A model generated the notes under the pieces. It was not told where the DNA came from and did no database searches. It saw nothing but the letters and a program-made list of their open reading frames with translations. From a virus: a DNA stretch of 45,724 bases. Made by a program: the position numbers and the translations under genes. The stretch is from IMG/VR virus record IMGVR_UViG_3300010385_000004. One strand, written 5' to 3'. Every line of letters starts with the position of its first letter. Position 1 is the first letter of the stretch. Positions 41,808 through 45,724 of this stretch are shown piece by piece.

Positions 41808-42410
41808 TTAAATATTAAATAGCAGGTTTGGATGCTGCAACATTAGTGGAGCAAAGGGGATGTCTGGGTCGAAGCTGTTATCCATTGGTGCCGGTGCTTG
41901 CTGCTGTGGCGCTTGTTTCTGCTGTGGTGCTTGTTGATATTGCTGCTGTTGCTGCGGTGCATTCTGCTGCTGATAACCACCCTGCGGCGCGTTTTGTTGC
42001 TGTGGTGCGTAACCGCTTTGTGCCTGGCTGTTTTGGCCTTGTGATGCGTTGCCGCCTTCCTTGCTGCCAAGCATTTGCAGTTTACCGTCAAAACCATCAA
42101 CAACTATGTTTGTGCTGTATTTTTCAACGCCGTTATTGTCAGTGTACTTTTTGGTTTCAAGTTTACCTTCAATGTAAATCTGTGAGCCCTTGCGCAAATA
42201 CTCACCCGCTATTTCAGCTAGCTTTTGAAAGAACACAACACGGTGCCATTCGGTTTTATCGACCATTTGACCGGTGTTTTTATCTTTGTATGATTCGCTT
42301 GTTGCTAGTGTGATGTTAGTGATAGCGTTACCATTTGGCGCATAGCGAACTTCTGGATCATTTCCAAGGTTGCCTACTAAGATTACTTTATTAATTCCAC
42401 GTGATGCCAT
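41808..42410 (-). CDS. ssb: single-stranded DNA-binding protein with a C-terminal extension beyond the DIPF tip
   Basis: [27 protein letters not shown]...TEWHRVVFF is the OB fold. A Gln/Pro-rich linker follows, then ..SFDPDIPF and a further [17 protein letters not shown] aagga lies before the ATG at 42410. Confidence 0.9.
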   Translation of the reverse strand: MASRGINKVILVGNLGNDPEVRYAPNGNAITNITLATSESYKDKNTGQMVDKTEWHRVVFFQKLAEIAGEYLRKGSQIYIEGKLETKKYTDNNGVEKYSTNIVVDGFDGKLQMLGSKEGGNASQGQNSQAQSGYAPQQQNAPQGGYQQQNAPQQQQQYQQAPQQKQAPQQQAPAPMDNSFDPDIPFAPLMLQHPNLLFNI

Positions 42411-42420
42411 TTTTAATTCC

Positions 42421-43131
42421 TTAGTTTGTGTAAATATCTGAAAATTTAAAGCCAATATCGGCTAGTTTTTTGTCCATGTCCTCAATGAATTTTGGTATTT
42501 CTTCATCAAAGACTTTAAATAATTCTAAATCTGGTTCGTGCTTTACTACATGAATATTGCTTTTCTTCATGCGCGGATCGTAGTTTGCAAAATCCCAATA
42601 TTCGCGACCCGTTAACCACATACTGTATTGCATTTGTGTTAGGTATTCGGGCTTTGGCTCACCACCTAGCAGTTGATCAATATACTGCGATGTTGTCCAA
42701 GGGCATTTAATCTCAAGACCGCCATTATCATTAACTAGCGCGTCAGGGCTTACACCGCATCGCATATCTAAACCGTAAATAAATGCTATCTGGTTTATCT
42801 GCTTATCTTCAAACGGATCATATAGAGCTAATGCTTTAGGTTCGTTTTCGTGTCCCCATGCAACTTGCTTAGCTGTTAGCTGTTCAGGTAATAAGCCAGT
42901 ACAAACTTGAGCAATTAACTCATTCATGTAAGTTTGCCTTGCTGCTGAGTAACTTCCTTTTGCGCGACCCTTTTTGATTATGTCATACACTCGACTGGCG
43001 GTAATTACACCTGCTCGCATTCTGTGCCATTCAGGTGTGCCTTGCTCAATCTCGCCACCATCAAAACCAAACTTATCAAGAGTTAGCTCTGAAAGGTTTT
43101 TAAATAATTCGACTGTACTAAGCATTTGCAA
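42421..43131 (-). CDS. YqaJ/lambda-Exo-like recombination exonuclease
   Basis: [21 protein letters not shown] and GGLEIKCPW (the E.K of the PD-(D/E)XK motif). Confidence 0.8.
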   Translation of the reverse strand: MQMLSTVELFKNLSELTLDKFGFDGGEIEQGTPEWHRMRAGVITASRVYDIIKKGRAKGSYSAARQTYMNELIAQVCTGLLPEQLTAKQVAWGHENEPKALALYDPFEDKQINQIAFIYGLDMRCGVSPDALVNDNGGLEIKCPWTTSQYIDQLLGGEPKPEYLTQMQYSMWLTGREYWDFANYDPRMKKSNIHVVKHEPDLELFKVFDEEIPKFIEDMDKKLADIGFKFSDIYTN

Positions 43132-44002
43132 ACCCCTGTAAACTTGATATTACTTTAATAGCCTCATCGCTTGTAAGCTCTGGCAGCTCATTTATTTGCT
43201 TGCCTAAAAGCTTTGGTATTAGCTGGTTTAGTAATTGGCTCTCAGTGCGCCCTATGCGGCTTAACTGCGATGTAATTTCATCAAGTTGTGACGCATAACA
43301 CGGGGTAACGTCAACTGGATCTGATTTGGCATCTTGCAAACCTTCATTACCATCTGTATTTAAATTGTGAATTGCTTCATCAAGACGCTCAACTTTAGGC
43401 CAGTATTTAGAGGCGCGTTTAACCACTGTTTTACGGGCCATTTCATTCCAGTGAGTTCTCCACGGGCCATTTTTAGCTTTAGATGAGTTTTCAATTTTCT
43501 TAATATCATCTAGGCTCATTTCTTCGGTTAGGTAATCGCCATCGGCAGTTTTAACAGTGCAGTACCCACCAATCACAGCGCCTCTATCGTTAGCATTTAA
43601 AAACGGGTTGTAAGTGTGCGCAGGGGCTTTATCTAATCCATTTGATGCGTATGTATCATTGGCGTGAACAAGCTTGCACTGACCCCATTTAATTGACCCT
43701 GTAGTCATTGCTAAATGAAGCAAGCCCATGTAGCTAATATCAAGGCATATCTTGCCATCACGCGGCACTAGGTAAGCGTGTTTTTTCGCTGGGTTTAAGC
43801 TAATACCAATTGACGCAACATTAATAATTGCATTTTGTAAGCTGGCCATATTTTTACGCGCCGTATCAGCTAGGAATTCATTTCCTTGAAATGCTTGTAT
43901 TGCGAATTGTGACTCGGTAGCAAACTTAACCTTATCATCGCAAACGCGCTCCAAGAACATGCTTTCTTGCTGCTGAACAAATTCTACTATGTCATTACTC
44001 AT
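43118..44002 (-). CDS. recT: RecT-family single-strand annealing protein
   Basis: LQNAIINVASIGISLNPAKKHAYLVPRDGKICLDISYMGLLHLAMTTGSIKW matches the RecT core. Confidence 0.8.
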   Translation of the reverse strand: MSNDIVEFVQQQESMFLERVCDDKVKFATESQFAIQAFQGNEFLADTARKNMASLQNAIINVASIGISLNPAKKHAYLVPRDGKICLDISYMGLLHLAMTTGSIKWGQCKLVHANDTYASNGLDKAPAHTYNPFLNANDRGAVIGGYCTVKTADGDYLTEEMSLDDIKKIENSSKAKNGPWRTHWNEMARKTVVKRASKYWPKVERLDEAIHNLNTDGNEGLQDAKSDPVDVTPCYASQLDEITSQLSRIGRTESQLLNQLIPKLLGKQINELPELTSDEAIKVISSLQGFANA

Positions 44003-44018
44003 ATAACCTCCAGGTTAA

Positions 44019-44201
44019 TTATTTAGCTACGTACTTTAACTCTAAGTCCATAGCTTCAAAAATCTTAACTGCGCATTTAACAGTGCCGCCTTTGTCGTTT
44101 TTAATAAGCGCTACAGATTGCGGATTAACACCGGCCAACTCTGCAAGCTGCTTATTGTTTAAATTCTTACTAGCCATTGCTAGTCTTAGTAACTCACCCA
44201 T
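44019..44201 (-). CDS. Cro/XRE-type HTH regulator (60 aa)
   Basis: LNNKQLAELAGVNPQSVALIKND is an HTH. First gene of the leftward operon at the divergent control region. Confidence 0.75.
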   Translation of the reverse strand: MGELLRLAMASKNLNNKQLAELAGVNPQSVALIKNDKGGTVKCAVKIFEAMDLELKYVAK

Positions 44202-44231
44202 TTTGATGCCTAATTTCGTTTCGGTAGGTGA

Positions 44232-44259
44232 ACTTTAGCACACTGATTGAATACGTCAA
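44232..44259 (-). promoter_or_regulatory. leftward early promoter candidate
   Basis: The minus strand reads TTGACG (44254-44259), a 16-nt spacer and TAAAGT (44232-44237). Confidence 0.5.
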
Positions 44260-44266
44260 TACTTTA

Positions 44267-44282
44267 TTTAAATTAATTTAAG
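44267..44282. promoter_or_regulatory. 16-bp perfect palindrome TTTAAATTAATTTAAA, operator candidate
   Basis: It lies between the two divergent promoter candidates. The AT-rich context lowers its significance. Confidence 0.35.
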
Positions 44283-44297
44283 TGTATTTAATTTATT

Positions 44298-44326
44298 TTA
44301 AAGCTTGATTTTTATGCTGTATAATG
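44298..44326 (+). promoter_or_regulatory. rightward early promoter candidate
   Basis: TTTAAA (44298-44303), a 17-nt spacer and a consensus TATAAT (44321-44326), 31 nt upstream of the ATG at 44358 with RBS aaggagg. Confidence 0.6.
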
Positions 44327-44357
44327 TAGGCTTTAGTGACTTAATAAAGGAGGTTTT

Positions 44358-44552
44358 ATGATAGTAATCCCAACAGGCAAAGAAATAGACTGCTTTATAT
44401 GGGCTGATTTATACCAGGCCATAAAAGAAGCTAATTCGATTAGAGTTAAAAACAAAGTTCCGCAGCACACCTATGAAGGTTTGCACGCTGTAGTAACTAT
44501 TAAATTCACAGAAAGAAATCATGCACATTTGGACTGGAGTAAAAAGCAATGA
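44358..44552 (+). CDS. hypothetical protein (64 aa)
   Basis: Strong RBS aaggagg. First rightward early gene. Confidence 0.65.
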   Translation: MIVIPTGKEIDCFIWADLYQAIKEANSIRVKNKVPQHTYEGLHAVVTIKFTERNHAHLDWSKKQ

Positions 44553-45325
44553 GTAATATTGAATGGGAAGATGGGGCGGTATGTTTTGCTGGCGCATTTC
44601 AATTTAGAGCGTGGGGTCACTCTAGAGGCGAGTTGATAACAACTGATAACGTCAGTGTTTTTGATTTTGATGGGGTTTTATCATTCAGCGACTTCCAGCT
44701 AAACAAAATGCGCCAAGGCGATTACATAGAAGCATCTGAGCTAGATACCGAGCAAAAGTATAATGGCGCTGTAGGTGTGTTTGAGTTATTTGGGTTTAAA
44801 TGGGGTGAGGATGCAAGTACCGGTTATTTTTCTGAAAATTCGCCGTGCGATAAACTGCAAGCTCATGATGAGGGTTTATTTAAAAGTGACTTTGTAGGTG
44901 GTGATGGAAACAGAAAGCTAACCTACCCACAACTAATGGCAATCGGTAAATTAAAGCGAGCTATGATTGAGCGTGATACTGAGTTGTTCAATAAGTCATT
45001 CGATGCGGTAATAGGGAAGGTTTCGAGACCTTCTAGCAGTTCAGAAGGTAAAAAATTCGACCAAGGCAAGCCGCGCTTTAGTCTTATACCTCAAGAGCCC
45101 CTAAAAGACGTTATGAGTGTTTTAGAGTTCGGCGCAAGTAAGTACGGTGCTAATAACTGGAATAAGGTTGAGAATCCACAGCAGCGCTATTTAGATGCGG
45201 CCATGCGTCACATTATGGCATGGCAATCTGGCGAGCTTTTAGATGAAGAATCTGGAGAGCCACACCTAGCACACGCGCAATGTTGCCTTTTATTTTTACA
45301 GCAATTTGACAAGGAAGAAAGATGA
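44549..45325 (+). CDS. fusion of an unknown N-terminal domain with a DUF5664-type dATP/dGTP diphosphohydrolase-like domain
   Basis: The C-terminal KFDQGKPRFSLIPQEPLKDVMSVLEFGASKYGANNWNKVENPQQRYLDAAMRHIMAWQSGELLDEESGEPHLAHAQCCLLFL matches the DUF5664 pattern. Confidence 0.6.
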   Translation: MSNIEWEDGAVCFAGAFQFRAWGHSRGELITTDNVSVFDFDGVLSFSDFQLNKMRQGDYIEASELDTEQKYNGAVGVFELFGFKWGEDASTGYFSENSPCDKLQAHDEGLFKSDFVGGDGNRKLTYPQLMAIGKLKRAMIERDTELFNKSFDAVIGKVSRPSSSSEGKKFDQGKPRFSLIPQEPLKDVMSVLEFGASKYGANNWNKVENPQQRYLDAAMRHIMAWQSGELLDEESGEPHLAHAQCCLLFLQQFDKEER

Positions 45326-45498
45326 TTAGTTTCTACAAAGACCAGGTAACTAAACTTAAAGCCAAAGTGAAAGCTCATGCTGATTTAGGTAACGAACTAA
45401 AAGCTGCACACCTAGATAAAGAGATAGCAAACTACGAGCGAGCTATCAGACAAGCAGAGCCAGTAAAGTCTACTGGTGTAGATAAATATTTAAACTAA
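45322..45498 (+). CDS. small coiled-coil protein (58 aa, below the ORF-track cutoff); spans the overlap boundary
   Basis: Hand translation: MISFYKDQVTKLKAKVKAHADLGNELKAAHLDKEIANYERAIRQAEPVKSTGVDKYLN. Its ATG overlaps the upstream TGA. Its last 24 nt equal window positions 1-24. Confidence 0.5.
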   Translation: MISFYKDQVTKLKAKVKAHADLGNELKAAHLDKEIANYERAIRQAEPVKSTGVDKYLN

Positions 45499-45724
45499 GG
45501 ACCCAACCAAACCAACAAGCCTCGTTAATTCGGGGCTTTTTTGTGTGTGAAATAAAGTTAAATATATTTTATAAAAACACTTTACATATAAAACCAGTTT
45601 GATATTATAGCCACATCAACAGGCAATAACGCCAACAACTGGAGAGATAAAATGTTAAATTCAAAATGGGTAAAATTAATCAAAGAAGAAACTGGTGCAG
45701 ATGTAAAAGTAAACTTAGTTGGTG
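45475..45724. repeat. Terminal overlap identical to 1-250
   Basis: See the feature at 1-250. Confidence 0.95.

Noticed and set aside
41828-42313. 161-aa plus-strand ORF (and an 86-aa minus-strand ORF at 41843..42103) overlapping ssb
   Set aside because: These are by-products of the repetitive CAG/CAA/CCG linker coding region of ssb. Their translations are low-complexity.
42411-42455. 15-codon N-terminal extension of ssb (track start at 42455)
   Set aside because: The canonical SSB N-terminus [16 protein letters not shown] starts at 42410 and has a good RBS. The extension would overlap the exonuclease gene end.
1-45724. Search for tRNA, rRNA, CRISPR arrays, transposase/IS elements and integrase
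   Set aside because: No cloverleaf-like sequence was seen in the intergenic regions. No regularly spaced repeat-spacer array was found. No DDE, tyrosine or serine recombinase motif appears in any ORF-track translation. The inspection was by eye only, so small RNAs cannot be excluded.

Overview
The window is a complete, circularly closed genome of a tailed dsDNA phage. Bases 1-250 are identical to 45475-45724, so the unit length is 45,474 bp. The sequence is moderately AT-rich and gene-dense. No tRNA, rRNA, CRISPR array, integrase or CI-type repressor was recognised. All family names come from motif recognition by eye; no database search was possible.

Layout:
- **Divergent early control region (44202-44357).** It drives two operons.
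- **Leftward early operon (44201 to 39401).** Cro-like HTH, RecT, YqaJ-type exonuclease, SSB, RuvC-like resolvase, orphan genes and a MazG-like NTP pyrophosphatase.
- **Rightward early operon (44358, through the wrap point, to 6840).** A DUF5664-type dNTP diphosphohydrolase fusion, a Rha/ANT antirepressor, a replication initiator with internal iterons, a lambda-P-like loader, several HTH proteins, a Ref-like nuclease, a NinB-like protein and a small C5-methyltransferase-like gene bracketed by 20-bp repeats.
- **Late genes.** terS comes first, then a free-standing HNH-AP2 homing endonuclease. terL follows, with its reading frame broken at a G7 run inside the Walker A box.
- **An 8.5-kb accessory and lysis island separates terL from the portal gene.** It holds a LuxR-type HTH gene, an XhlA-like gene, a LamG-SGNH esterase, an antisense seven-gene orphan micro-operon, a holin and an amidase.
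- **Head module.** Portal, MuF-like protein, an antisense Dam methylase, DUF2213 scaffold, cement-like protein, major capsid protein and an Acb2-like small protein.
- **Tail module.** A DUF3383/DUF3277-type tail with a -1 frameshifted chaperone, tape measure, baseplate and two beta-helix tailspikes.

The most notable items are the broken terL, the Acb2-like candidate cyclic-nucleotide sponge, the repeat-bracketed minimal MTase-like gene, the SSB with an extended C-terminus, recurring regulatory motifs, and the orphan cassettes.
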